From positions 3,873,130-3,937,129 of the forward strand of contig MU054391.1 in the NCBI GenBank assembly GCA_013239625.1: DNA of 64,000 bases, given 5' to 3'. A program made the translations under genes and the position numbers. This stretch comes from Lama guanicoe (Eukaryota). This document shows positions 52,561-64,000 of the stretch, in pieces. Positions within the stretch are counted from its first letter, which is position 1. Each line of letters starts with the position of its first letter. Below the pieces are notes generated by a model that worked only from the letters and a program-made list of their open reading frames with translations, had not been told where the DNA came from and searched no databases.

Positions 52561-53423
52561 TGTTTCCCCATCAATAGTGCCCAACTGCTCTTTGTTACAC
52601 TGAAGATGGAAAAAGCAAGATGTGGCTATCCCTGGGGCAGATGAATTAACAGAAATATGACAAGTCGGTTCCCGCTCTCCTCTGAGCCCCGGTGTTTGCT
52701 GTGGAAACGCAGAGGAAGGTAGGGATCGGGGTATCTAATACCAGTAAGAACAGCATGTTTGCTTTTGTTGAGCGCCCTCCCCCCACCAGTTTTCACGAAA
52801 GGGGCAAGACGCCAAGCCCTCTGCCGCAGGTGCCTCTCTCTGGCTGCTCTGTAAGCGGGGAGAAAGAGGAACCTGCAACACAGCCAGGCCGGCGTGGGTG
52901 GCGGAGGAAGACCAAATTCTAAGGCTGCCACCAGCTGTAAGTGTTTTCTGAGAGAGCTTTGTTGCCTGAGGACGAGGCCCATGGAGCTCTCCCTGGGCTT
53001 CTGTCCACGAGGGACGTGCGGCCCTTCAATCGTCTGCATCTCCAGGGGACGGCGGGACGAAGAGCAGAGCGGCGTGCGTGCGCAGCTTTGTGTTCTGTGA
53101 TTATTTGCTGCTGGGCCGTCGTGGTTTTCCTGTTTCGTAAGAGCTGGTGCGCAGACATGGGACTGATTTCCCGGAGAGGTGGCCCAGAAAGAAAAGCCAA
53201 AGGAAGAATTTTAAGAGAAAGCCAGCGCTGATGAAAAATGACATCTTTGCCTTTTTCTACTACGTCATCCAACCCAGACACTTACGTGGAAGGATAATGC
53301 CTTTTCACTTATTGTCTTTAAAATAATTGAATCAGCATCGTAACTTGTTTACGCTCTGAAAATGCTGAAAGCTTTTGTGAAATGCTATCTTCTGATAAAG
53401 GGAAGTGAAGTTCTGAGGGACCA

Positions 53424-53437
53424 CCGATAGGTGGCGC
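53424..53437 (+). promoter_or_regulatory. CTCF-like motif
   Basis: CCGATAGGTGGCGC, one mismatch to the CTCF core. Confidence 0.45.
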
Positions 53438-55873
53438 CACACATTCACCGAACCAAACGACACCTCAGACAAGTTTGGAACAAGCCACATAAATTAAAGC
53501 CTTGAGCTGCAACTAACTGTGAGACATATGGGTTGAGTCCCAGGCCTGCCCAAGAATAACTTTGAAGAAAATTTTGTTTTCTGGCAATACAGATGCTAAC
53601 ACACCACAGAACCTTTAAAAAGAATAAATATGTAGATGGTTCATAGCTCTCAGAATAATTTAACCTTCCCCCCTAAATGAAGACAGCATCACAAGGATAA
53701 AATAATGTAAACTCTGTTTTTCTGCTTTGGGAAAAAAAATGGTGGCTGTGATCCTCTCAAGAAGTATTTGTCAATTAGTTTTGATTGACGAGCATTTCAT
53801 TATTTCAGCCTCCTGTCTAGAGCAAAGAGGGAATTCATTTTAAAATAAGCTAACCGTTGATGAAGAGATAATATTGAAAAACAGAGTTCTATGTAGGAAA
53901 ATGTCATTGCCTGAATTTAGACTTTTTTTTTTGCTTCTTTGTTCGGTGGTATAAAATGCAGGCAACGTGTTCCCATTTAAGAACAAAACAGACTCCTCAC
54001 AAAATCCCTTATTGTATCATAGTGGGGGGCCTCGTCGTCACGCTGGAATAGGTGGTGACAGTTTCTGAAGAACAGGATTTACAAAGCTCTTGATTTCAAC
54101 TCCAAGATGAAGCCATAGCTTTAAGTAAACCATTAACCTTAAAACTAAGGTTTTATCTGCTTTTGGAAAAGGAATGTTTTCCAAAAGTCTTTGAATTGGC
54201 ATGTGTTTGCTGGACGTGACGCAAACTGAAGTTACTCTTGACAGGTGGACCGGCTCAGGTGACAGCAGACACAAGGAGGCAGATGAAAGCGTCTCGGCTG
54301 ATGGAAGCCCCGAGTCCTTCCGAGGAAACAGCAGCCCCTGCGGTGCGAAGGCTGCTGGGAAGGTCTTAGAGGAGAAAGCAAGCACTGATACATACTTCTT
54401 TGCTGTCTTAAGATGCCAGCGAAGGGCAGTGACATTTGTTTCTATTTATCCTTAAAGCCAATGTCATTAATCCATTTCTCTGTCCTAAAAATATTCTCCC
54501 TATCTGGTCAGCCCGGACAAGACCGTCTCTGATCTGCCAAAGTGTACAGACAAGCAGAATTCCTGTAAAGAAAGCACCTTTAAAAGTGATTTCTATGGAG
54601 GAGCCCAATGGTTGCATTTTGCTGTTTCTATTTCAGCGTCTTCTCAAATGCAAAGGGAGAAAGAGAAACCACGATTTCAATGCTCGCTCAGGGCCAGGTT
54701 TGACGTTATCATTAGTGACTGCCCTTAAGTGTTTAGACACATGTACACGTGCGTATATATATTTGCATTGGTAAAAGGTTAAAAATCTTTAAACCTGAAT
54801 CCCAAAGCAGGGCTATCTGAAATGAAACCCTTCTAACCACTGTATTTTGATCTCCTTAACCACACAGACTGTATTTTTTTTTCAGTTTCTTACATCCTGC
54901 ACGGAGCCTGAAACACACTAAGGGATCATTAACTATTTGATGTCCCCCCTGGGATTTGACTTTTATTTATGTGTTATCTTTTGACGGATTCACCAAAAGA
55001 TGTAACTCCCAGGAGCTAAACTTCGTGGTGGGTGCCAGGAAGGATGTAGACCTGAAAACCGAAGTCTTTTTTTGTGTGGAATCAAGAGTTGAATTAAGGA
55101 GACAGACCGATATGGAGACCAGTGGTGAAGCAAACCGTCTTAGCCTTTCTCACCATCAACTACTTTCTCACGTGCAAAGTGAGGCTAAAATCATCTCTTT
55201 CACAACGCTGGGGGGATTGAATAAGAGGAATTTCCCTGGCTGAGCACACAGGGACCACTGTGTGTTGAATCTGGGGGCACCCGAGGCCTTGAGGTGCTCC
55301 AGGACTGATGACCTGCTCCCCGAAGGAGCTACGGGTCTACCCGAGGAAGCGTGATGAACACACAGGTAGAGATAATGACAAAAACCTGCATCAGGTATGA
55401 ATAATGCTAATGGCACACAGGAGTCGCCATCGAGAGGAGCTGGGGGCCCTCATCCCATGAGAACTACCACATAGACGTGGGACTTACTGAGGAGCTCGTG
55501 GTGTGAAAGCTGGACCACGTTCTTTTGCCTCGATTCTCAAGGAAGAGGTCCTCACAGGCCAGAGGGCAGAGCCTAGGATCATTGGTATTAGCGGCCCCTT
55601 GGCCTTTTCCACAAAGGGACCTTACTGCCAGCCAGATGCAGCCGACCAGCTCACGCTCCTACAGACAGACACACAGACAGGCTTCCAGGGGCCTCTCTGA
55701 TGAGGCCACCTTGTACTGCAGAGAAGCTCACAACGTCACAGGTAAGCCACGGGGCCCGGGGCTCAGCCTAGTTGAAAGGAACAGGGTTGCCCTGGAGCAA
55801 ACCAGGGCTAAGAAGAGTGGCCTGGTGCCCTGTGACGTCAGAGCAAGTGGCCCACACATGCTGGGTGTCCTTC

Positions 55874-56203
55874 CTCTTCATAAAATAATAATAATAATGA
55901 CAGTTTCTAAAAAAACTTTCCAGAAGTGAGGTTTCACTGGGTTAAATAAACAGCAAGTTGAAGCCAGGGGTTCCCCAGCTGCCTGGCGAGGGTAGCTGTC
56001 TGCGCGGCTTTGGAGAAAGGGCGCCTGTGTTGAGTGGAGTTTGACCTCAAGGTTCAACACAGTCTCCCCCCTGGGTCTACACGATTGCGTCCACACGTGG
56101 GAGCGAACGGACGGCAGGCCTCAAGGACTCGGGCCTGACGCCCTGGACAGAACTTGGACCGCCCGCCCATCGGGTCAACATGGCCGTTAACAGAACAACT
56201 CAT
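55874..56203 (+). repeat. Long inverted repeat, left arm (~330 bp)
   Basis: Base-by-base comparison with the reverse complement of 57006-57339; duplicated peptides in the ORF track (55878..56096 - vs 57154..57372 +). Confidence 0.97.
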
Positions 56204-56259
56204 AAGAGAAACAGGAAGGGCACGCCAGCACATGAGGGCAACTTGCTCTGACACTCGGC

Positions 56260-56400
56260 CCGCTGAGCACGTGAGAGGCTGTGTCCTCCCTCAGACGTGG
56301 CGCGTGGATATTTAGTTTTGCTCAGGCTACACAACCATTAAGCAGGACTTGGCATTTGAACTCAGGTTGCGTGACCCCCAGGTCTACGCTCATGGTTCTC
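56260..56400 (-). mobile_element. MIR remnant inside the inverted-repeat spacer
   Basis: TTTGCTCAGGCTACACAACC...GGCATTTGAACTCAGG typical of reverse MIR. Confidence 0.5.
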
Positions 56401-57005
56401 CCGCACGGCTCAGTGGAAACGTCTTTTCATCACAGATTGGACCATCTTTTCCAGAGTCCTCTTACCTCCCAGAGAAGCAGCCAGAAGCTGCCTTCTTGCA
56501 AGAGATTGAATGTAAGAATTTAATGAGCCTCTGTTAGGCATCTGGCATCCACAAAGACCCGGGAGAGAAGTGAGCGGTTTGTGAAAATGCCTAAGAGTGG
56601 CCCCGTCCTCAGAGAAGCTGACCAACCTGGGGGAACTGCAGTGGACACCTGCCACGCGCCAAAGCCTGGAAAGGGGACTCACCTGAAGCCTGATTCCATC
56701 TTCACAGCACATGCAGGATGCAGATGGTCCGTTGTGGATGGGAAGAAACTGACACTCAAAACACGTCACCAGACGTGTCAGGATCACAGCTCAAGAGTGG
56801 AGCCAAGCTTTGCACCCAGGACGCGGGCTCCGTCCTCACCTCATGCGTGCAGGTGCATCAGGAGCAGGCAAGAAGACATGAGCAGGGACAGGGCTCCGCC
56901 CAAAACGCCGTCCAGGTGTTTGCTGGGAATCCCTGCGACGTGCTTGCAGCCGAGTGTCGTTTAAGAGGCTATCATGTGAGGTCTGCTGGCACCTTCAATG
57001 TCAGC

Positions 57006-57339
57006 ATGAGCTGTTGTGTTAACGGCCATGCTGACCCGATGGGCGGGCGGTCCAAGTTCTGTCCAGGGCGTCAGGCCCGAGTCCTTGAGGCCTGCCGTCC
57101 GTTCGCTCCCACGTGTGGACGCAATCGTGTAGACCCACAGAGGGGGGGAGACTGTGTTGAACCTTGAGGTCAAACTCCACTCAACACAGGCGCCCTTTCT
57201 CCAAAGCCGCGCAGACAGCTACCCTCGCCAGGCAGCTGGGGAACCCCTGGCTTCAACTTGCTGTTTATTTAACCCAGTAAAACCTCACTTCTGGAAAGTT
57301 TTTAAAAAATTATCATTGTTATTATTATTTTATGAAGAG
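57006..57339 (-). repeat. Long inverted repeat, right arm (~334 bp)
   Basis: Reverse complement of 55874-56203 with one 5-bp central indel and a few substitutions plus a small indel near the ends. Confidence 0.97.
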
Positions 57340-59949
57340 ATTTTCCTAATGTCTCCAAATCAGTCCTTATAGTGACTTGTGGGGAAAAACAGAATTCTCC
57401 CTCCACTGAACGGTGGTCTTTTAATATCTCAAAATGTTCCTACTGTTCAAGCTAATTTGGAGAATTTAGTGTATTTTATTGATTGATTGTCATTATTTCA
57501 CCTCTACAAACTTTTCCTCTCCACCAGTCCATGCCCCTCCCTAAGCAAAGAGCACCGAGACACGGAAACCCAGCCCTGCTCCTAAGGATGAAAACACACA
57601 AAGGAGAAGCGGGCGAACTTGGGCTTCGTGACTGGGGCGTGGCCACTGCTCGAGTTCGGCCAGTTCCCTCTCTCTTTCCATTGTGCCAGGCATTTTCGTT
57701 CGCTGACGGACCGGAAGGCTCAAAGCAGCAAATCTTCAGGCTTCCTCCCCACCCTCCCAAGACCTCTTTACTCACCGCTGTCCTCGGGGGGGGGGCAGCG
57801 AGGCACCAGCAAGCCGCAGGGTCCTCTCCGGCCAGGGTGCTTGAGCGTCCGGGGCCCTCGTCCTGTATGTCCGTCATTCAGACGCTATTGGCTGTTTCCA
57901 AAGAGTCTTATTTAGGAAAGGTGCAAAGCTGCTGGCCTGTCAGAGGAAGCCATCAATCTCTCCATACACAGAGCGACAGAGTTCCGCTGCACAGGAAGAT
58001 GAGCTCTGGCCAGTCTGATGTCCCATTTCTCCCTGACCATCTGCGTTCGGACAGAAACTCGGGCTCCCTCACCATTTAAACCCCCTGCAAAGAAGGAGCC
58101 CGCTGAAATCTCCTGAAGCGGTTACACCTCTTGTCACAATGCTTTCTGGTGCACTTACGATGGCAGCCCCTCCTTCCCCTAATTTCTCCCCAGTTTAGCC
58201 CCGGAGCCTTGCCGTGCAATCTTCTTCTGCGCCTGGGGAGAGCTCGGTCTGCTGAGAACCGGGCATGAGAGTGATCTCCCTTCCTACCAAGGGTGTAAGC
58301 TTTGGAGGCAAGAAGACTTTGGGTTAAATTTCGGTGCAGGGGCGCAGCCGATGGGCCAGGGGCTACTCCAGGCTTCAGATGAACTGCGGTTCCACCACTG
58401 TGACAGCTTCAGCAATGTCGAAACTTTGCTGGTGGTAGTAATTCCGGTCATTTGTTGATGAGGGAGATTCAGGCTGCTAAAGAAACTGCGAGAAGGTGCC
58501 TGTGTCGACTTATATTCAATGTCTGGGGAACGCTGCGGTGGCTCCGTCTCAGAGACTAAGGGGGACGCCTCGGAGGGGTGCTGCAGGACCCCCGGGCCGC
58601 AGCTGCCCTCTGCTTGACCCCAGGTGATGCTGAGAGCAAGTTCACACCTGGGCAGCTGGAGGAACGACTTCAAAGACTTTTTGTCGACTGGGATTGAAGA
58701 AGGCAGGTATAAAATGTGATGGTTCGTTCAGCTTCTCCCACAACTTTCTGAAGCAAACAACCACACTTGCCAAATACACTCAGGTTCTGCAGGATTTACG
58801 AAGAACTATAAATAAGCTTAGGTTTGAATAATACAGTTGGAATCTGCATACAAAATCACTGCAGCGGTGGGAGGCAGGGTGCTTTCGTGATAAGGCTACC
58901 GGTGCAGGACCACTGCTCGGCGTTCAGAGGAGGGACAGCAGTCCCCGAGCCCCAGGGATCAGGGAAGCGGGGCATCGGAGCCAGTCCTGCGGGCGGGGTC
59001 CTCCACTCTGCTTTCCTGAGTCCCGTGGAGCGGAGGGAGGGGAGCCTGGAGCCCTGGCCTCAGCGATCTCTCTGGAGCGGCCTTGTTTTCAATTGCGAGT
59101 GCTTGAAGATTAAGCTAATGAGCTTTCCTGCTGTTGGTGGTGGGGAGCCAATGCCCCCTCCCTGGCACCAAGCCCTGGTGATTTTTCTTTTAAATAAAGA
59201 AACAGGCTGTCGACCATCAGGGGAGACCTAGGCGTCTTGCACAGCCTCAGGTTGGAGAACATCTTTGCCTCGGGTGACAGATGGCCCCATCACACTCCAT
59301 CTCCCAGACCTCTGGCCCCGGCAATACGGCACATATGACACCATCGCTGCAGACACTCTGTCATCCATTCCCATCAAGGTGACAGAACTCAGCCCGTCCA
59401 GCCGCCAGTCCAACTTCAGAACAAAGTTACCGGGAGCAAAGAGTGCCGCTTGGATCTCCCCATGACCTGGTTCCTTCCCTCCCGGCCAAGACCCCAGGAA
59501 GCGCTTCTCAACAGCATTAACCGTAGTTTTATTCACAGCCAGTGAGGTTTTGAATTGACCCGGCGACGTTCACCCATCCCCGCTCCCCTTCATAATTCTG
59601 GCTTGCTTCATATTGACTCCAGAATCTCAGCAAAGCACGACTTTGTTTGTGTTTAATGCTACTAAATTTGAAGGAGGTGTGTTTGTGGGTGAGTGTAGAT
59701 TTTGAAGGAAAACATTTCCTATTTTTGTGGGATTCTGTATGTCAGGTTTTTATTCACCATTCTGTTGTTTATTGTGCTCTTTTCATTTTTTTTTTTTTGC
59801 TTTGTTTTGCTCCTGGTAGCATAACAGTGGAGATGGATGTCAGTTTTCAGACTCTAGAATCCTGTCTTTACTGTGGACTTGGAAAAGAATCACAAAGTTG
59901 TTGGTACAGAAAATTGTTGGGGTGGTGGAAAACCACGAAAGGACAACAC

Positions 59950-60375
59950 ACACACCTCTTCTTCCCGGTGCCATAGACTCCGAATACCTGATACCAGGAC
60001 GTTCAAGTTAAAACTCCCTATTTCTCAGCCTTTCCCCCGGCACGCAGTGGCCCCATGACTAAGTTCTGACTAATGGGATGTACTGTGTGATCTGTGTGAC
60101 TTGGAGGCTACACACTATGCTGAAAGGGAAGCCTTCTCTCCCGCCTCCATCCTGTCTCCTGCAAGTGGATGTGCTTTTTGGACCGTGAGGATGGGGAAGG
60201 CAACTTAGAGATGGTGGAACAATGATTCAGAGATACCTCGTCCGGGAAGACGTTGAGGAACCACCGTGTCAACCCTGGACTGCGTCTATGACATGAAATA
60301 ATTAAGTCTTGTGGGTTTAAGACACTTATTTCTTAGGTTTTCTGTTACATGCAGCCGAACAATTAAGCTGACTTA
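59950..60375 (+). mobile_element. ERVL-MaLR LTR (old MLT1 I/J/K-type)
   Basis: GGCCCCATGACTAAGTTCTGACTAATGGGATG...TTTGGACCGTGAGG...GTTTAAGACACTTATTTCTTAGGTTTTCTGTTACATGCAGCCGAAC. Confidence 0.75.
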
Positions 60376-60549
60376 TCACTCACACTTCAAAGTTACTTGT
60401 ACTTTACCGTGAATTTCTGTGCATCACCAACTCCAGTAAATGCCTGTTCACAGAATGAAAGTCATCAGCCACCTCCTCACTTTCCTTAGGATGATTATGA
60501 CCCCACAGTGAGAGTAGCTCCTTTGAAAAATTGCTCACCGTCCTTCCCT

Positions 60550-61190
60550 CCTTCCTTTCTTCAATATTTGTTGTTTGCCACTTGCCAGATGCAGCACTAG
60601 AAGCTAATCCTTACACCTATGGCACTTTGGGTGTCAAAGGAGACAGGAGTATTTTCAGATTAAGCGAAAGTTAGAAAGAAAGAGATCTGGGGTTCAGAGA
60701 CGGTCTCTCTGAGGGTGTAACATTGAAAGAGTGGCCTGGGGATACGTAGGGGATTAGTGAGATGCAGAAAAGGCACAAAGGCTTCTGATGGAAGGATGGA
60801 TATTTACAGCAAAGACTCTGAAGCAGGAGAGACAGAAAGCCAGGGTGTGTGAGTGTGCATGCGTGTGCATGTGTGAATGAGGGAGAGAAAACAGAGAGAG
60901 AGAGAGATGAGCTGAGTTGAGCTGAGAAGAGGCTGGAGGTGGGACAGGCTGGCCACGTGCACTGTTCAGGTGTCAGTGTAATTGCAGGAGACTTGTCAGC
61001 CATGTAGCCATGTTAGAGGTTTGGACTTCATCTTGAAAACCAGGGAAAACAATTGAAGGGTTTTAAACATGGAGATGACATCCATAGACGTGCATTTAAA
61101 AATTCTCCCTGTGTGACCATCTGAGGAATAATCAGAAGCGAGGCAAGCGCGGGTCAGACAGGTCCTTTCGGAGGCTGCTCCGGCCGTCCA
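60550..61190 (-). mobile_element. LINE-2 3' portion
   Basis: TTCAATATTTGTTG..., GGTCTCTCTGAGGGTGTAACATTGAA, GAGGTTTGGACTTCATCTTGAAAAC...TTGAAGGGTTTTAAACA. Confidence 0.75.
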
Positions 61191-62517
61191 GGCTGAGCTC
61201 TGCTTGTCCGTGCTCACTCCTCCAGATTTTTATTCTAATTCTTTCCTTGTTTTCTCATCTTCAGACCTTTCCTTGCGTTCATGGTGCTGTTCAGTGTGCC
61301 TGTATTTCTGTGTCAGTCGCCCAGCTTTCTGTCACACGGACACGCCTGTAACAAGTTACTCATTCCCTTGCTTGCCTTCGTCCCCAAGACCCCTCGTGTT
61401 CCCACACGTATCCCCATTCATGTCGTCACGAGGGATCAGCAGTGACCGTTCTTGCTCTATTTCCTTGTTAATCAACTGAATAGAATGTTTTAACAGTGTG
61501 CCATCCTCTGGCCCATGGTGGGTCCTAGAGAGCGCTGAGGGCATGTGTGGGAGATGCACTAGGGCCACGTGGATGGAGGCCAGGGCGTAGATGGAGGTGG
61601 CGGTCAGCCCTTAACCAACTTCATCTACTTCACGACTTGGCCCTCTTCCTCTCTCTCTCACTCTCTGCTTCATGGAGAGTGAGATTCTGGATAGGATTTT
61701 GTTTGTAAAATAATCCACTGATATTGCAGGTTTAAAAAATACTTCTCTGGGGGATCAGTGCTTGCAGGATGCTAAAATACACCTCTCCACACACGTGCAC
61801 CTGGAAGACCCTGCGGTGCTGCCCAAAGCCGAGCACTGGCAGCGGCAGAAGCGTCCTGGCTGCCTCTCTCCCCAGCACGGCCCTTCCCCTCAGGTCTGCT
61901 CGACACCCTTACTGCCCGCTGGGGCTACCCTTCTGCCCCTGGTTTCAAAGTTCCATGTTATTCCCCCTTATAGGATGAAGCAGCCTCTAGTTTCTCCATC
62001 CTGCAGCCCCTCTAATAAGGCAACGCTCCTTTCTGTCTTTCTTATAAACATGGGCTTCACTTCTTCTCTCTTTACTTCATTTTCCTTACATTCCTGCTCT
62101 GCTAAGACTTTCCTAAGCTCAAAACTCAGCTTGCATTCTACCTCTCCCATGAAATTACCCACAATGATGCCTCCCTTCTCCACGATCATTAAATACTGAA
62201 GACTTGTACATCAATGTAACACTGTTAATTCTATGTAGTCTCATGTCTTCTGTTTCCTTGGCTTGATTATAAATCCTGAAGGCAAGAGGCCCATCGCACA
62301 GTGGGTTAAGCCAATAGAATATGGTAAGTCAGTCAGTATCCTGACATGAAAATGGCAGATATTCTCTGGATCTTGTGGAAGTTCCTCCCTTTCCTTTGCT
62401 GCAACATGAAGATGAAATGAAAGTACTTCTCCTTATTTCCAGTGACTATTAGAAGATACGATGCTTCATGTCCTAGAAGGAGGGCTGATTTCATGGTGGT
62501 GAATTTTTTCTTATAAC

Positions 62518-63057
62518 AGTTACTGAACTCAGGTTCAGCTGCTCAAAAAGCCAATAGTTGAGAGGCTAGTGTCAGTAGAAAGGAAAGATGCTTTAATCAG
62601 AAAAGCCAGCAGTCTGGGGAGAAGGTGGACTCGGGTCCAGAGACCAACTCCAAGGATGCTACTCAACCACGACAGTTTTTAAAGGGAAGAAATGGGGAGG
62701 GTGGAGAATCTCAGTAAATCGCTGAGGCAGGAGGTTGGGTTCTGCATCCTTCTCCACTGCGTGCAGACTGGCTGACTCTCTCTTCAGGTGTCGTCTTGCC
62801 CCGTGATCTGCTGCAGGAAGGCTAAGGGGGCTGGTGGGTGTGGGGAGCTAGCCATTCTTTAACTCCTTAATTCTTCATTCTTCTTTTTATCTAGGAAAAG
62901 AAGCAACAAGTTAGACAGGTGTGGTGTGCATTCATGAGAGCAAAAGCCAGGAGTTAGTTTAAATAGCCTTGTGACCGCATCCCTAGAATTATGGTCTTTA
63001 TAGGTTAGATGGGGACAGAAATGGGCTAACAGGAAAGGGGCCAAAGAGCTGCTTTCA
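62518..63057 (-). mobile_element. ERV1-type solo LTR with 4-bp TSD
   Basis: Reverse complement starts TGAAAGCAGC; far end GTTACTGAACTCAGGTTCAGCTGCTCAAAAAGCCAATAG...GGAAAGATGCTTTAAT (reverse polyA-signal region); flanked by TAAC at 62514-62517 and 63058-63061. Confidence 0.85.
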
Positions 63058-63698
63058 TAACTTCTTGGTGAAATTTTGTGTGCCTGACTTGCTTTGTCTT
63101 GCTCTGTATTGTCAAGAACATTGTCAAAAGGGGGAACAGTCAATAGAGAGAAGACCCCAAAATCCATTAACAAAATCTACCCCAAGAACTGAGAAGGTTA
63201 AGGTCTGGTCATGCTGCTGCCCCTTCTTGGACAAACTTTGCCTCAGGGCAGTATTTGAAAATGGTAGGGTGTCTGTTTTTCCTCCATCCTGTCTTTATTC
63301 CTGACAGTTGATTTAAAAGCTGAAATCTTTAACAATGCCTCAGTGAAGAGAGGTAGATTGTCAGGTCTGTGGTCAGAAATGGCCAACTTCTGGCCAGCTG
63401 GCATGAAACAGGATATTCTAAAGGACACGTTCAGCCCACTGCTGGCAATGCCCACCTGATGGTCTTAGTCTGCATCTCAGCCAGGCTGGATGCCTGACTT
63501 CTGTTATGCGTCTTTATAACCCAAATGCTTTCAGCCATCATAAAACGGTACAATATCATCAATTACAATTTCACCAAGGATAATACGCACAGTGTTCAAA
63601 ATGACCAAACTGTCCACCTTAGAATCAGCTCAGAGCAAAAAGTCAGGACGATTCCTGATATTTAATCATCTGTCTTTATCAGCTGGTGTGAAAAATAT

Positions 63699-63920
63699 TG
63701 TAAAAGAAATGTCAGGCTCAAAAATGGCCTCATTAAAGTGGACTTTAAGGGAGAATTTAGCTCCCAACTTCCAACTCTTCCTTTAAACTCACAGAAATTG
63801 TTGTCATTGAATATTGAGGACCAAAATCACTGTTTTCTTAGAGACATACCAGTGCTCAGATTTTGTTAATAAATCCTACCTCTTTGTCCATCTCTTCCTC
63901 AGGGTCAATGCATCGCTAAA
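63699..63920 (+). mobile_element. Possible second LTR remnant
   Basis: TGTAAAAGAAATGTCAGGCTCAAAAATGGCCTCA start and an AATAAA at ~63868 resemble ERV1 LTR layout; weak. Confidence 0.25.
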
Positions 63921-64000
63921 GTAGCAGGCACCTCCGTTAGTATCAAAAATCCCCTGCTCCCCAGTCAGCGATGGTTACCTGGACCCCTTGGATGGAGGAG

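Noticed and set aside
55874..57339. Inverted arms as terminal inverted repeats of a DNA transposon
   Set aside because: No TSD evident at the outer ends, no transposase remnant, and the spacer holds old MIR fragments, so it looks like ordinary old genomic DNA. Not fully excluded without a genome-wide copy-number search.
55878..57372. Duplicated peptides (LNLEVKLHSTQAPFLQSRADS...) read as a gene pair
   Set aside because: They are by-products of the DNA inverted repeat; the 5-bp indel between arms shifts the frames, arguing against coding constraint.
57483..58079. 198-aa plus-strand ORF after the inverted repeat
   Set aside because: Non-ATG start, no recognisable domain, GC-driven stop-codon depletion.
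59228..59536. Overlapping ORFs as an exon or processed pseudogene
   Set aside because: No recognisable protein, no poly-A tail or TSD, no convincing splice-site pair.
63120..63700. ERV internal sequence or polypurine tract next to the LTR
   Set aside because: The LTR has a matching TAAC TSD on both sides, so it is solo; AAAAGGGGGAA at ~63125 is on the wrong strand for that LTR and no gag/pol/env similarity is visible.

Overview
Mammalian, very probably camelid (camel/alpaca/llama) non-coding genomic DNA. The species call rests on a camelid-type tRNA-derived SINE at ~31.0 kb and Laurasiatherian-type L1 3' UTRs. I cannot support any protein-coding gene, RNA gene or CRISPR array; the ORF track is mostly chance ORFs plus decayed L1 ORF1/ORF2 remnants. 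Layout: a GC/CpG-rich segment with scattered MIR/L2/L1 tails (1-10.5 kb); an AT-rich, LINE-dense block of nested L1/L2/LTR/DNA-transposon remnants (~11-35 kb); a GC-rich, repeat-poorer segment with CpG patches, CTCF-like sites and enhancer-like motif clusters (~37-60 kb); and a solo ERV1-type LTR near the end. The most striking unexplained structure is a ~330-bp near-perfect inverted repeat of apparently non-transposon, CpG-rich sequence (55874-56203 / 57006-57339) around an ~800-bp spacer, with its substitutions concentrated at the arm ends. Smaller oddities are an exact 35-bp duplication 518 bp apart, a ~70-nt hairpin inside an L1, and a convergent CTCF-like pair. Repeat family names were recognised by eye, and boundaries are approximate unless a target-site duplication (TSD) is given. 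I did not find convincing evidence of a new multi-gene system.
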